Assembly: GCA_964016885.1 (NCBI GenBank)
Contig: OZ024740.1
Coordinates: forward strand, 302,312,001-302,376,000
Reading direction: 5' to 3'
Source of the DNA: Eledone cirrhosa
Lineage: Eukaryota
Length of the DNA: 64,000 bases
This document shows positions 13,993-26,620 of the stretch, one piece after another. A program made the position numbers and the translations under genes. Position 1 is the stretch's first letter, and the number at the start of each line of letters is the position of its first letter. The notes beneath the pieces are model-generated. The model saw only the letters and a list, made by a program, of their open reading frames with translations, was not told where the DNA came from and made no database searches.

Positions 13993-15855
13993 GTGTGGAT
14001 GCGAAATTTAAAAAACAAATTTTTCTCCCTGAGACGAAGTATCTCACACATCGCAGTCGTTATGAAATGCAACATAGTGAGCAACTTCACACGACACCAG
14101 GAAGACCTAAAGAAAAAGTTAGAGAGACGATTTGGAGATACAAAATTTAAAACTTTGAACTCCAAATTACACCAGTTGAAACAACAACTCACAGCTACAA
14201 CAGAAAGACTAAAATATAAGTCAACAGCACATAAACGACAAGTGCTAAATAGATTGTTTGCCAGAGATCCTAAATCAGTTTATCGCAGCTTCGGTGGCAA
14301 AAGCTCAATCCCTGTAAACGACACCCCTTCAAAAGAACAGATTGAGAGCTACTGGAGATCTGTATGGGAAACGGATGACGGATTCAACAGACAAGCTAAT
14401 TGGCTAAAAGAACTGGAACAGGACTACTGCCAACATGTCCAGATAAAACAATATGACATAGATGGGTCAATACTGGAAACAGCTCTACAGAAAATGTCGA
14501 ATAGGAAATCGCCAGGCCCAGACCTCATTACAGGATACTGGTTGAAGAATTTCACTTTCTATCGGCAAGATCTCATATGGATGTTTATAGAAACCATTAA
14601 AGGCACACAAGAACTGCCCAGATGGTTATCAACTGCCACTACTCTCCTCATTCCCCAAAATAGCCAAACCACCCTCGCTAAAAATTACCGCCCAATAGCC
14701 TGCCAAAACATCATGTATAAATTATATACTGGGTGCCTTAACCTGTTCTTACAGGATCACTGTGCTACCAACAACATCATAACACCTGAGCAAGCTGGTG
14801 GAAAGAGGGAGGTGTGGGGTTGCATAGATCACCTACTAACTAACAAAATGATTCAGGAAAAAACAACAAAGAATCGCAGAAACATGACTGTGGTGTGGCT
14901 GGACTATCAAAAAGTATTTGATAGTGTACCTCATGGGTGGATTATTAAGGCTTTACAGTTAGCTAAAGTCCCACAACCATTGGTAGCTGCTGTTGAACGC
15001 CTGACCAAGAACTGGTACACCAATTTGATCCTTAGAGGTGAGAAGGAGCAAGTTAAGACTGATAAGATACATTACCAGATGGGCATCTTTCAGGGTGATA
15101 GCTTGCCAGTGCTACTCTTCGTTCTCTCACTGAATCCACTATCTTACCTACTCAGGAAACAAGGTGGACAAAGAAGTGGGCCCAGAAGTATCTCCCATCT
15201 TTTCTTTGTTGATGACCTGAAGTTGGATGGGCCAAATATCAATGACATCAAGAAACAATTGGACCTCATTACACAATTTTCAACCGACATCAAAATGAAA
15301 TATGGTGAGTCCAAGTGTGCATATTTGGCAGTAAAACTTGGAAGAGCTGTGCCCTCCTCTAGAAATCTAGAGAGGAACGGCCTGACAATACAACCTCTGC
15401 AGTCAGGTGACAACTACAGATATCTTGGACAGGATGAGAATGTCAGATATGATGGACCCATAAATAAGGAGAGAACCAGAACTGAATACCTCAGAAGAGT
15501 AAAGAAAATATGGTCATCAGAACTGTCAGCATACAACAAATACATTGCCCACAATACTTATGCTGTGCCAATTCTAACGCCAACATTTGGCGTGCTGAAC
15601 TGGTCATTGCAAGAACTAAGTGAGATGGATGTTAGAACTCGAAAACTTCTCAGTGCTTCTGGGAAGTTTAACATCAATGGTGATGTGGATAGGCTATACT
15701 TCTCACGCAAGGAAGGTGGCCGGGGTCTAAAATCAATATTAACAACATATGAGACCCGGATAGTAACACTGAAGCAACACCTTCAACAGAGGAAAAAGGT
15801 TGGCAACCATCTTGCCCAGGTTTATGAGCATGAAAAAAAAATATCATTAGAATAG
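13993..15855 (+). CDS. R4/Dong reverse transcriptase (part of a disrupted ORF)
   Basis: KSPGPDLITGYWLK, NYRPIAC, WLDYQKVFDSVPH, GIFQGDSL, FVDDLKL, YRYLG, RLYFSRKEGGRGL. Confidence 0.9.
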   Translation: MWMRNLKNKFFSLRRSISHIAVVMKCNIVSNFTRHQEDLKKKLERRFGDTKFKTLNSKLHQLKQQLTATTERLKYKSTAHKRQVLNRLFARDPKSVYRSFGGKSSIPVNDTPSKEQIESYWRSVWETDDGFNRQANWLKELEQDYCQHVQIKQYDIDGSILETALQKMSNRKSPGPDLITGYWLKNFTFYRQDLIWMFIETIKGTQELPRWLSTATTLLIPQNSQTTLAKNYRPIACQNIMYKLYTGCLNLFLQDHCATNNIITPEQAGGKREVWGCIDHLLTNKMIQEKTTKNRRNMTVVWLDYQKVFDSVPHGWIIKALQLAKVPQPLVAAVERLTKNWYTNLILRGEKEQVKTDKIHYQMGIFQGDSLPVLLFVLSLNPLSYLLRKQGGQRSGPRSISHLFFVDDLKLDGPNINDIKKQLDLITQFSTDIKMKYGESKCAYLAVKLGRAVPSSRNLERNGLTIQPLQSGDNYRYLGQDENVRYDGPINKERTRTEYLRRVKKIWSSELSAYNKYIAHNTYAVPILTPTFGVLNWSLQELSEMDVRTRKLLSASGKFNINGDVDRLYFSRKEGGRGLKSILTTYETRIVTLKQHLQQRKKVGNHLAQVYEHEKKISLE

Positions 15856-15932
15856 CGACTGATCTGGAGGAGAGATATGGAATAAAGCCTGATATAAATC
15901 TCTCACCCAGAGAAATCGGAAGATCCTATTCA

Positions 15933-16726
15933 ATGTTCAAACAAGATAAAAAAATTGACCAATTTACAGAAAAAGTTGTGCATGGATACTTGAGGCGTAA
16001 AACACAGACCATAGAGGGGATAAACCACTCAAAAAGCCTGGCATGGAGTTCCGACAAGTTTATGACATCACACCTTGAGGGATATCTCTATGCAATACAG
16101 GAACAAGAACTCCCTACCAAATATCTGCTGCACAAAAGAGGAGGGCCTGCAGCTGACAATAAATATAGGCCATGTAAAACAAAGATCGAGGATGTAAGCC
16201 ACATTGTTGCCAGCTGCGAAAGACTGTCATCTCGCTACTACCTCCCCATCAGACACGATGGGATAGCTAGAACCATCTGGAACGCACTTCGGAAAACAAA
16301 ATTAACAACAAACGAGGAGGAATATATTGAGACGGATGGCACTGGTGGAACCTGAAAATAAAAACTGCCACCAAATTAAAGCACAACCGGCCTGATATTG
16401 TTGTTTGGGACCACACATTGAAAACGTGTTCTGTTGTGGAGATCAGCTGCCCACTTGATGTAAACGTTGTCAGAAAAATACAGGAGAAGGAGGACATCTA
16501 CGGACCATTGATGAGGAGTTTACAAATACAGTATCCAAGATACACCTTTATCTTCATACCCATCATTATCGGAGCTACGGGTTATATACCAACCCGCTTG
16601 GACCAAAGTATGACTGAACTTGGATTTGCGGACAAAAAGCGCAGCTCCCTAATTCATAGTCTACAAATTGCTGCGATAGCTGGCATCTTCAAAATTTGCA
16701 AAACATTCTTGCGATTCAAGGGATGA
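15933..16726 (+). pseudogene. R4/Dong C-terminus: degenerate CCHC finger and PD-(D/E)xK restriction-like endonuclease, frameshifted
   Basis: AIQEQ, C....EDVSHIVASC, RHDGIA, HNRPDIVVWD, VEISCP, K..Y, IPIIIGATG. Confidence 0.85.
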
Positions 16727-16801
16727 CAATTTCTTTTCTTTTACAACCTTGCCACCAGGAAGGTGGCCGGTCAAAAAAATATAATCGAAATTAAGAGAAA
16801 G

Positions 16802-16910
16802 ACATACATACATACATACATACATACATACATACATACATACATACATACATACATACATACATACATACATACATACATGCATGCATGCATACATACA
16901 TACATACATA
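16802..16910. repeat. (CATA)n microsatellite separating two tandem R4 elements
   Basis: Direct reading. Confidence 0.97.
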
Positions 16911-16911
16911 C

Positions 16912-19900
16912 TAACAGTCAACGCGATCAGTCGCATATTTTGGCGTGGGAGACTATTTATTAAATTTAGGATGAATACTATCTCCGACAGTAACGCCACA
17001 ACTACAGCCAGGTTGAATAACTGGTTATTCTTCTAACTATCCCTTCTGAAGACACCTTTTATTCGAATTCGTAGAGATATCCGACTAAATACATAATTCA
17101 TTTTACAAGGATTTGCTACAAACAGCATGGCTGAACACAACATCAACAAAAAAATTAAGGAAGTATCGAAGACAAATAACAAAGTTGTAGCTACTGAAGA
17201 AACCGAAATTATAAATCGCATTTCTCTTGGAGTTGCGAACTTAATAATGATTTATTTAATTGTTATAAAATGGCAAAAAACAATCCCTCCATTGGCTATA
17301 TGAATAGAATGGAGCTACACTGGGACGAAATGCACCCAGAGCTAAATTATTTCACAGAGAAACAATTACGCCAACAAGCGACGTTTGTTGAACGTAAAAA
17401 TAAGATAAATATTATTAATTGTAAGTCCCCCACAACAAACATCGAATCAACAACACGTGCTACAGATCGCCATGCTACTAGACTTGCTCGCAGCCAGGTC
17501 GAACAGCGCCTTGAAACAACTGTACCATCTAAGTCTACCTCGAATGCTGGGGAAAACACTATCGATAATAATAATAATCGAAGAAATAATAATAATCGAA
17601 TAAATGTGACACCACGTATACCATCCGAGTCTACCTCGACTGTTGTGGAAAATACTATCGATAATGATAATCAAAAGTACAAACAATTGAAAATTTCCCT
17701 CAACGAAATCTTCCAGAGAGAAATTAACTCATGTATAAATATCTCTCTTGCTAAACGTGTTAAAATGACAATGGTGAATAAAAAACCAAATTATTGACGA
17801 AATAGGGGATGAATATTTACGACGAATATAAACCCCAACACTTTGGCAAATCAACGCCTGTTTATATGCCTTAGCAATGACAGTGAAGCATTATCTTGGT
17901 GATAGCAGAGATATTAACAAGAACAAAACACCACCTAAAATACCATCATATATAACTAAAATAGAAGAAAAGAGTGCTGACCTACGAAAAAAGATAGGAC
18001 GTGTGACAATGCTCCTTACATGCAAACAAACACAAAAAAAACTCACACCTCGCCAACAAAGAGTGAAAAATAAAATAGAGACGATGTTTTGTAACAGTAG
18101 AACCAGAACTCTCCAATATAAACTGATCACCCTCAAACAAGAATTGAGAGCTGTTAGCGAAAAACGCCGATACCTGAAAAAGGTAGATGAGAGAAAAATG
18201 TTTAATAAAAGATTCAGACGAAACCAAACATCAGTCTATAGAGATATGGAGGGCAAAATAATAAGTGTCACTGAGGCCCCATCCCAGAAAGACATAGATT
18301 CCTTTTGGAGAAAAATATGGGGTGAAAAGAAGAATTTCAACCAAGATGCAGTGTGGCGAAGAGAAATCCGAAAGAACTATTGCTCCTACACTACAGCAAA
18401 AACATACGAACGAAATAAGTGAGCGTACCCTTGAGACTGTGATAGGAAAACTACAAGATAAGAAAACACCTGGAAGAGACATGATTGTCTGCTACTGGTA
18501 CAAAAAACTAATATTCTATCGGAGGTATCTTACTGACCTCTACAAACAAGTTCTTAGGGGAGATACACTTATACCAGAATGGTTGACATTAGCACAAACG
18601 TTACTGGTCCCCAAGAACAAAGACACCCTCTTGGCAAAAAACTACCGACCCATTGCATGCCAGAACCTGATGTATAAGATGTATACATCCTGCCTGAACC
18701 TATTCCCCCAAGATCACTGTGAAAATAATAACATCATCACAAATGAACAAGCAACTGGAAAGAAAGGGGTTTGGGGATGTGCTGAACAACTCCTAATCAA
18801 CAAAACTGCGATGTCGGAGGTGTGTCAACTTAGGAGGAATATGACTACAGTCTGGCTGGACTACAGGAAAGCTTTCGATTCTGTTCCCCACTCTTGGATG
18901 ATAGAGGCCCTCCAACTTGCTAAAGTCCCAGACATTATTGTCAGAGCCATCGAGAGGCTGTCTTCTTCTTGGGCTACTATCCTAATGTTAAGGACAGAGG
19001 GGGGGGGAGACTCTATTTTCACTGATAAAATAAAATATTGCAGGGGTATATTTCAGGGGGACAGTCTCTCTGTGATATTGTTCATCTTGTCATTAAACCC
19101 CTTGTCCTTTCTGCTCCAGAAATGTGAGGGATACATCATTGGCTCACAGGAGGACAGAAATACGAACCTAACCCATAACTTCTTTGTGGACGATCTGAAA
19201 CTCTATGCCAAGAACATGAATGGGATGAAGTAAAATCTTAACCTGGTTACAACGTTCTCAAAGGATATAGGAATGGAGTTTGGCCAAGATAAATGCTCAT
19301 ACATGACTGTAAAGCGGGTAAAAACAACAACCCAATCTAGCAACATTGTTATCAATGGTCTAACTGTTTCACCGATATCTGATGAGGACTGCTACAGATG
19401 CCTGGGGATAGATGAGAACTTATCCTATAATGGCATCTGTAATAAAGAACGCGTAACCAGGGAATACTACACCCGATTAAGAAAGATCTGGTCATCGGAA
19501 CTCTCTGCGCAAAACAAAACAGTGGCTCACAATGTGTTTGCTGTGCCTGTCCTAACACCAACGTTTGGAATACTGAATTAGACGATAAACAAAATCCGAG
19601 CAGTTGATGTTGGAACTCGAAAAATACTGAACGACACCGGAAACTTCCACATCAACAGTGACATAGACCGCCTTTACTTGAAACGTAAGCAGGGGGGCAG
19701 AGGCCTAACATAAGTCCAGACAACATTTGAATGTCGCATCATATCTCTCCGACAACATCTACGAACCTCGAAGCGTAGGAGCCCGCTTCTCGAGCAAGTC
19801 TATCTGCATGAAACAGATAAGATCATGAGAGTTGGGAAGGAACTCCTTGAGAGATATTCCCTGTATGATAATCAAAACCTCACACCCAGGGATGTCGCTC

Positions 19901-20958
19901 AGCAGTATCACAGTGAATCCATGGATGAAAAATTGCATGCCTATCAACAAAAAATCATGCATGGATATGTTGCCAGGAAGCTCCCGAGTGAGAGTAATAT
20001 AGATAAGGAAAGTAGTCTATCTTGGACCAACAACCAATATATTGGCTCCCACTTTGAAGAATACGCTTTTGCAATCCTGGAACAGGAGATTAGCACGAAA
20101 TACCTGATTCACAAAAGAGATAGGGATGCAGGCAAAACACCTAGATGTGATAACAAGTGCTATCTCTGCAGAACTAACATCGAGGATATCACCCATGTCA
20201 CCAGCAGCTGTCTACCTATGAGGCATGATGTAGTGGCCAAAACACTGTACAATGCAGTTCGTAAAAAAGATAGCCCCGATAATAAACACATTAAAAGCTA
20301 CAACAATGTGGAAGACATCCATGTACATAATATGAAAGAGTACTTGTGGAATGTTCCAGTAAAAACCCCAATAAAATGCAGGCATAACAGACCAGATATT
20401 ATGAATTGGGACAGGGAGAAAAAACATGCACAGTAGTGGAAATTAGCTGCCCAGCAGATGCCAATATAATATCAAAGATTAGTGAAAAGGAGAATATTTA
20501 TGCAGAACTGATGAGAAATCTGCAGATACTCCACCCTGATTAGACCTTCAGATTTATGCCTGTGATTATTGGGGCACTGGGATATTTTAGTAACTGCCTC
20601 AATACAAATCTTGAGAAGCCAGGCTTCACAGGAACAGAAAGAACACAACTAGTTAGGAAACTACAAGTACAATCCATTAATGGAAGAGTAAAAATATGTA
20701 AAACATTCCAAAAATGTTGCATCTAATAACTGCATATACACATGTACAGATACAAAGCATATACACATGCACACATACAACTCAAAACATACACATCCAC
20801 ACATACAATAACATCCATATCTACACATGCATGCATACATACATATCTACCTAGTTGATGTTGTGTAAATTCCAATGAGAGAGTATTGTGTGTATGTTAG
20901 AAACCGACTCTCTTTCTATTGGTAAAACTTTGTGAAATTATAAAACCAGAAGAACATA
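16912..20958 (+). mobile_element. R4/Dong-clade non-LTR retrotransposon copy 2 (distinct family, apparently full length, with several stops/frameshifts)
   Basis: N-terminal YMNRM..WDEMHPE..FTEKQLRQQA (17270-17797); RT WLDYRKAFDSVPH, GIFQGDSLS, FVDDLKLY (18322-19233); CYLC..EDITHVTSSC, RHDVVA, HNRPDIM (19825-20436); 3' end GAAATTATAAAACCAGAAGAACAT, also present alone at 11102-11125. Confidence 0.9.
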
Positions 20959-22142
20959 TTTATATACTTACATACATCCTTCCACTGATAGAAGCTTGTC
21001 CCTATATTGCAAAACGCTACAAAACACTTCGTCTTCGTTACAAGCCTTTGCTTAGTAGTGTCTTCAAACTTGTAGTTCGGTAGGTCAATCTACAGGCAAC
21101 ATATTTTGAACTACGACGATTGCCTAACCACAGCTATCATGCCCAGCGGATGATTAACGTTAGCAGCTCGTCTGAGGAAGGAATCAGGTGAGGTGGGAGC
21201 GCTGTTGCTGCGGGTGTCGCTGGCCATTGTACTTGGAAATGCCTTTGCAGATTTGACCACGGGGCGCAGGTGAAACACCACCCCACCATAGGTATAGAGC
21301 CTATCACCCTCTCCCCTTAATCCTACCTTCTCTTCCATGGCCTAATAGTCCTTGTTTTTCCCTCTTTTTACTCTCATTTATCGCATTTATAGACCTTTCC
21401 TCTACATTCCTATACAACCAGATTTGCTTTCTTTAACCCCTCTCTCTGCTCAGTACCTGATTTTGATTTTATATTCACGTTTCCATCATTGTATAACTTG
21501 TTTTTATAAAATATAGTTGACAATTAACAAAATGTGTGTCACCTTCTATATCAAGCTAATATATTTACAAACACCATAGACACTACTACTCCTCGAACGA
21601 CTAACTTGTAAAATAATAGTTTTGATCCTTCTCAAACCTTCCATTTTTATCCTTACCACAACCATCTGCTTTCTTCTAACAGCCGAAACGAATGGTGTTG
21701 GCCTTGTGTGTAAGTTTCCTGCTACTAAACACCCATGATTTCCTACAAGTTTAACACCCTCACGTTGTCTTTCCCCTCACCTTAACTATCGTCATCACCA
21801 TCTTTCAACCGTGTTTATACATAACATAGGGCATGGAAGTATGCGTGTATGTATGTACATATGGTATTATTTCTCTCAAAAATATATGAATGTTTCAAAG
21901 TACATATTTATGTCAGTCTATGCTTTGAAAACATTCAGATGTGTCAGTATTTTACTTTTTTCCCCATCAGATCCCCTTTAATTTCCTTTTGCTTCCGTGA
22001 ATGAAAATGTATGTATATATATGTATGTATGTCGTTGCATACGTATATGTACGTTGATCTCTAATGTTTTATCAATTTTCCAAACTTATGTAAGCATGCA
22101 TACTTACTTTCATATAGATGTACGTGTGTATACATATGTGTG

Positions 22143-22193
<51 letters not shown>

Positions 22194-23775
22194 GTATACA
22201 CACACAGCACACACAAATATATAGAGATGGAGATATCTTGTAACTCGCATCAAGTGCGAGTTATGTGTCGGCATAGCCACACATCACTCAATCTCTCTTA
22301 ACTTTTGAAAATCATGAAACCTGTGAAACAGGTAAACTTGTGAATTATTATAAATAACCCTTTTTAAAGATTCCAGTTGCATTTTCAACTTGCTTCTCAT
22401 ATATATATCGTGTTGCGAACATAGCCTTTGATTTTCGCCTTACACTTTGTTGTCGCATATAATAATCATATTATTTTTTTTTCTCATTCCCTTATCTTTA
22501 CTAGACCAACTTGCATGCTTCACTAAAAATATATGGTCATTACATGCCTTGATTTCACCCCTTACGTTTATAATATATATGTGTTACCCCTCGTAGCATA
22601 TATATATATGTGTGTGTGAGAGAGAGAGAGAGAGTGAGAGAGTGTGTGTGTGTAGGTTTGCTTGTGTGTATGTATGTATTCATTTATTCTCATATTATTT
22701 CATACCAAAATACTTCTAAATTTGGCATGTTTCCATGAAACCCTGCTCGCAGTTATTACTGCGCTGTCGGTCACAGTCTACTGTAGATATTTGCAACTAA
22801 TGAACGAGAATATTTACTCACTTAAATCTGTAGAAATAGCTGACAATTCTCCTTATGCCTTAAATAAGGATTATTTGGATAATGTCATATTAGACACACT
22901 ATTAATCAGCAAAAGACGTAGAGATATTGTATGCTGGTATCCCCTTGATCTCAGCTTGAGCCAAACAACCCCAATAAACCTTTACTCACAAGCCAGCGAG
23001 GGAGTTATTTATGCAATCACTTTACCTACATAAATAGATGCCAATCTCCCGCGATATACACCAGCAAAAGCATATTGCGTAATTTTGACTTAGCTGCATT
23101 TTGTCGTCTGGGAAAAGGACATGGTTGACACGGCTGGACATTTTCCTTTCCATTAGCCTGCCTGATTAAGACTGACTCGGGGATTAACAACATATAATAC
23201 TACTACAAATGGTCCTACTAATAGTTTTAGTACTATTACAATTACTACAACTACTATTACTACCACTGTCGTTTAATATCCCTTGGTCTTTCTCCCTTTT
23301 TCCTCTCAGTTATAGCATTTTCTATGTTTAGCTAAATATTATTATAAACATAAAATAAATAGAATAAATAAAGATTAAAAATAAATAATTATTTTTATGT
23401 AATTAAAAAAATTCTAAATAAAACAAATAATTTTCTTATTTAATTGCAAACTACATAGCCTCTGTCATTACTAAATTCTTAGAAATAAAAGCCAACTATT
23501 CTTCAAATCTATCATTTCAAATACTGTTCACAAAATAAACGGTCTAAAGAAATGAGAACGATGACCATATTTAGAGCGTCCTTCATCATATACATGCGGG
23601 AAGAAGGAGGCATTTTGCCACTAGCCTTCCGTGATACCAATTAAATCACACACACACAATCTCACTAGACTTATCATGTACAAACAGGAATACACATCCT
23701 CATATAAATAATAAAAAACGTTAATATGTACACACACACACACACACACGCATACACACACACATATATATATGT

Positions 23776-23980
23776 ATAACAAAGAAGGTGTGGTAATATA
23801 AAAGGTGGACCATAACGCACCAGAGTACTCAATACTTAGGGTAGTAGAGGGCGTAATAGGAAAAGGGTCAAGACCCCGACGGCTAAGCTCCGGCCGTTTC
23901 TACAGTTAGATCCGAACAGTTCAGATCTAACTGTCGAAACGGGCGGAATTCAGCCGTCGGCGTCCTGACTCTTTTCCTAT
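23776..23980 (-). mobile_element. Foldback mini-element family C, copy 1
   Basis: Hairpin 23856-23980 plus unpaired tail 23776-23855; reverse-complement relative of 26426-26620; TA runs on both sides. Confidence 0.85.
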
Positions 23981-24099
23981 ATATATATCTACGTTAACTG
24001 CCGATGTTTTATTTTAATTTTAATTTTAATTTTGCTTTGATTCTGTTTTAATATGATTTTAATTTTTGAATTTAAGTTGCCATTCAGAAATAATATAAT

Positions 24100-24443
24100 T
24101 TATGTCACCCCACTGTGCATCAATATATACATATGTATCTGTATGTCTCTTGCGTTGGAAAGGAGGTCACGTATGTATACAAACATTGAAAAATGCTCCG
24201 AAGACTCCAAACCTCGGTTTGGATGAAACAAATGTAAGCTAATAAATGGTTTGAACATAACTTTGATTCCTGTGAATTCTATATAACTGCTCTGTAGAAC
24301 AACTGATGTTATTACATTGAGCTATTTATCTTACTGGTAATAAGGTAGTAATAAATTACTGTCTTTCACTGTTTAGGATTTAAAATATATATAACTATAA
24401 AAAGTTTTAGTATATACATAACCATAAATAGTATCCTTAATAC
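24100..24443 (+). mobile_element. 3'-terminal fragment of the Hydra-like PLE family found at 39791-44826
   Basis: Aligns by eye with the reverse complement of 39791-40120, including the identical terminus TTAATAC|TATATA and the GCTCCGAAGA..CAAACCTCGGTTTGGA.GAAAA motif region. Confidence 0.85.
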
Positions 24444-24462
24444 TATATATATATATATACAT

Positions 24463-24505
<43 letters not shown>

Positions 24506-24512
<7 letters not shown>

Positions 24513-24800
24513 ATGCAACCATTATATATCTATCCGGGAGCTTCCAACAGTAATGGTTGCATTTTTTAAGGGTATGTCAATATTTATTCATAAAACTGAT
24601 CTATATTATATTTTATCTTATGAAAGCACACCATAATTTAACTTGGTGTCCTTGAAATATGTATAATGAAATAAATATGGTTTTATAAATATAGTTTCCA
24701 TTTGTTAATATCGTATTTTTACTCCAAATATTTGTTGAGTGCTTTATATCAGTTATAAAAATATTTGCTTGTTGTATCCCAACAATTTAAATAGAACTTT

Positions 24801-24803
<3 letters not shown>
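24506..24803 (+). mobile_element. TA-flanked PLE-like fragment with a 19-bp 5' inverted repeat and a near-canonical hammerhead
   Basis: TTAAAAAATGCAACCATTA (24506-24524) and its reverse complement (24551-24569); TTTTAT-CTTATGA-AAG.ACACCA..TGGTGT.CTT-GAAA-TATGTA-TA-ATGAAA (24611-24671), then AATAAA. Confidence 0.6.
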
Positions 24804-24838
<35 letters not shown>

Positions 24839-24867
24839 AGCACACACATACACACACACACACACAC

Positions 24868-24944
<77 letters not shown>

Positions 24945-24945
24945 T

Positions 24946-25130
24946 GAAGGCGTGTGGCTGAGTGTTTAGAGAATTGGACCAGGCGATGCGTTATGTCCTT
25001 GAGCCAGACACTTTATTTTACGTTGCTCCTTCTAGCTGGAGTTGCGACCGATAGATAGTACTAGCAATTGGAAAGACCAACGGAAACATTGTTTCCTCGG
25101 TCCGATTTGACGAAAGTCGATCGTTCCAAA
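24946..25130 (+). mobile_element. tRNA-derived SINE (S1 subfamily), internally deleted, in (TA)n
   Basis: Nearly the same sequence as 45748-45965 but lacking the box-B segment. Confidence 0.75.
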
Positions 25131-25145
25131 ATAAATATATATATA

Positions 25146-26158
25146 TAAAACATTAAAAGGAAAACAGAGTCATGATATAAGTTAAAACAATGAAATAAAA
25201 AATCAAGTCATTAGAGATATACTTCACTGCTTTACGATCGTTTCTAGATCATGATAATACATTGTAGCTATACTCCGTTATTGATCTATGTAAGGTATGT
25301 GTGTATTTGATTATGTGCATATGTGTAAATGTGTATTTAGGTGTGTATCTATTTGTGCGTGTGTATATTTTTGGTTGGATATCAATATAACTGTACCTCT
25401 CTATATATAGTGTGGATATTTGCACTTTTTAGTCTATGAAATGTATGTGTTTTACTATGCCAACATGTATTTATCTGAGTTTGATTATTTATGCATAAAC
25501 ATACTTGATAGTATTTTAGAGCGTATCATATGCTGTATTATACTAAGTGCAATTTACCACACCGTACTATATTGTATTGGTTATGTTGTATATTATCGCA
25601 TCACTGTATTTCATTATCTTATTATAATTTTCATCTTTTAATATACTATCTTTCCTAGCCACAACCTTAATTTATATTCACCTAAAAAGTCAATACAACA
25701 ATAATCACCATTTATTTTGACATTCTTTTTAACTTCACTATACCAGATACATTCAACTATCAGTTTGACAATCCATTTCCTCCTAATAGAGTTTTATGCC
25801 AATTCTACTATTAACACCATTCAACCATTCCTTTCAAAGGGTCATGACCTCAACTAAAGTCTATTACTTTTCATCTCAACACCATATGAAAAAAACAATT
25901 TGATTCGTTAGTTCTTCAACTACCTCAAGGACATGATACTAACATACTAATTCTGAATAAAATTATTACTGCTTTTGAAAACAGCTGGTGATATGCATGT
26001 AAAGTAAAAATTCTCTTTATCTTATATTTTGTAACAAACCTTACATAGATCAATAACGGACTATAGCTACAATGTATTATCATCATCTAGAAACGATTGT
26101 AAAGCAGTAAAGTATATCTCTAATGACTTGATTTTTTATTTCATTGTTTTAACTTATA
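25146..26158 (-). mobile_element. TA-flanked non-coding element with ~120-bp terminal inverted arms and a ~30-bp tail (family E)
   Basis: 25175-25296 is the reverse complement of 26038-26158; tail 25146-25174; arm contains TAGATCA...TGATCTA-GAAAC-GATC-GTA (3' half of a hammerhead). Confidence 0.8.
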
Positions 26159-26229
26159 TATATATATATATATATATTAGAATTGGTGCTCTGAAATATA
26201 TACATTCATATATATATATATATATATAT

Positions 26230-26395
26230 ATATTGTTATACTTGGGGAGGGTCATATTTGCGTAATATTGCCAGAATTAATAACAGAACACACTCACTGT
26301 TTGGTTGGTTTATTGGCAATATTACGCAAATATGACCCTCCCCAAGTATAACAATATCTGTTTCGACACACGATTTCATATAAAAAACCTCGCAA

Positions 26396-26399
<4 letters not shown>
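26230..26399 (+). mobile_element. Mini foldback derived from the 3' end of the PLE family at 45988-49251
   Basis: Arms 26230-26273 and 26314-26357; ATGACCCTC.C.AAGTATAACAATATC.GTTTC.ACACACG matches 49171-49211; (TA)n on both sides. Confidence 0.85.
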
Positions 26400-26425
<26 letters not shown>

Positions 26426-26430
<5 letters not shown>

Positions 26431-26620
26431 AACCAGTAAGACCCCGACGGCTGAGCTCAAGCCGTTTCGACGGCTAAATCAGTCCAGAATTAGCCGTCGA
26501 AACGGCTTGAGCTCAGCCGTCGGGGTCTTACTGGTTCCTATTACCCACTCTACTACCCTAAGTATTGAGTACTTTGGTGCGTTATGGTCCACCTGGTTCC
26601 TTACCACATTTCCTTCGTTA
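26426..26620 (+). mobile_element. Foldback mini-element family C, copy 2
   Basis: Perfect ~52-bp arms 26426-26477 and 26490-26541, tail to 26620, (TA)n on both sides; GAAAC-GGC-TTGAGCTCA-GCC-GTC hammerhead helix III. Confidence 0.9.

Larger units (their letters stand above)
13469..16801 (+). mobile_element. R4/Dong-clade non-LTR retrotransposon copy 1 (5'-truncated, frameshifted)
   Basis: RT and restriction-like endonuclease ORFs, flanked on both sides by (CATA)n; 3' UTR hairpin GCCACC-AGGAA-GGTGGC. Confidence 0.9.

Noticed and set aside
22720-23200. Possible host exon or conserved enhancer
   Set aside because: Non-repetitive-looking, but there is no recognisable protein motif or splice support, and conservation cannot be tested here.
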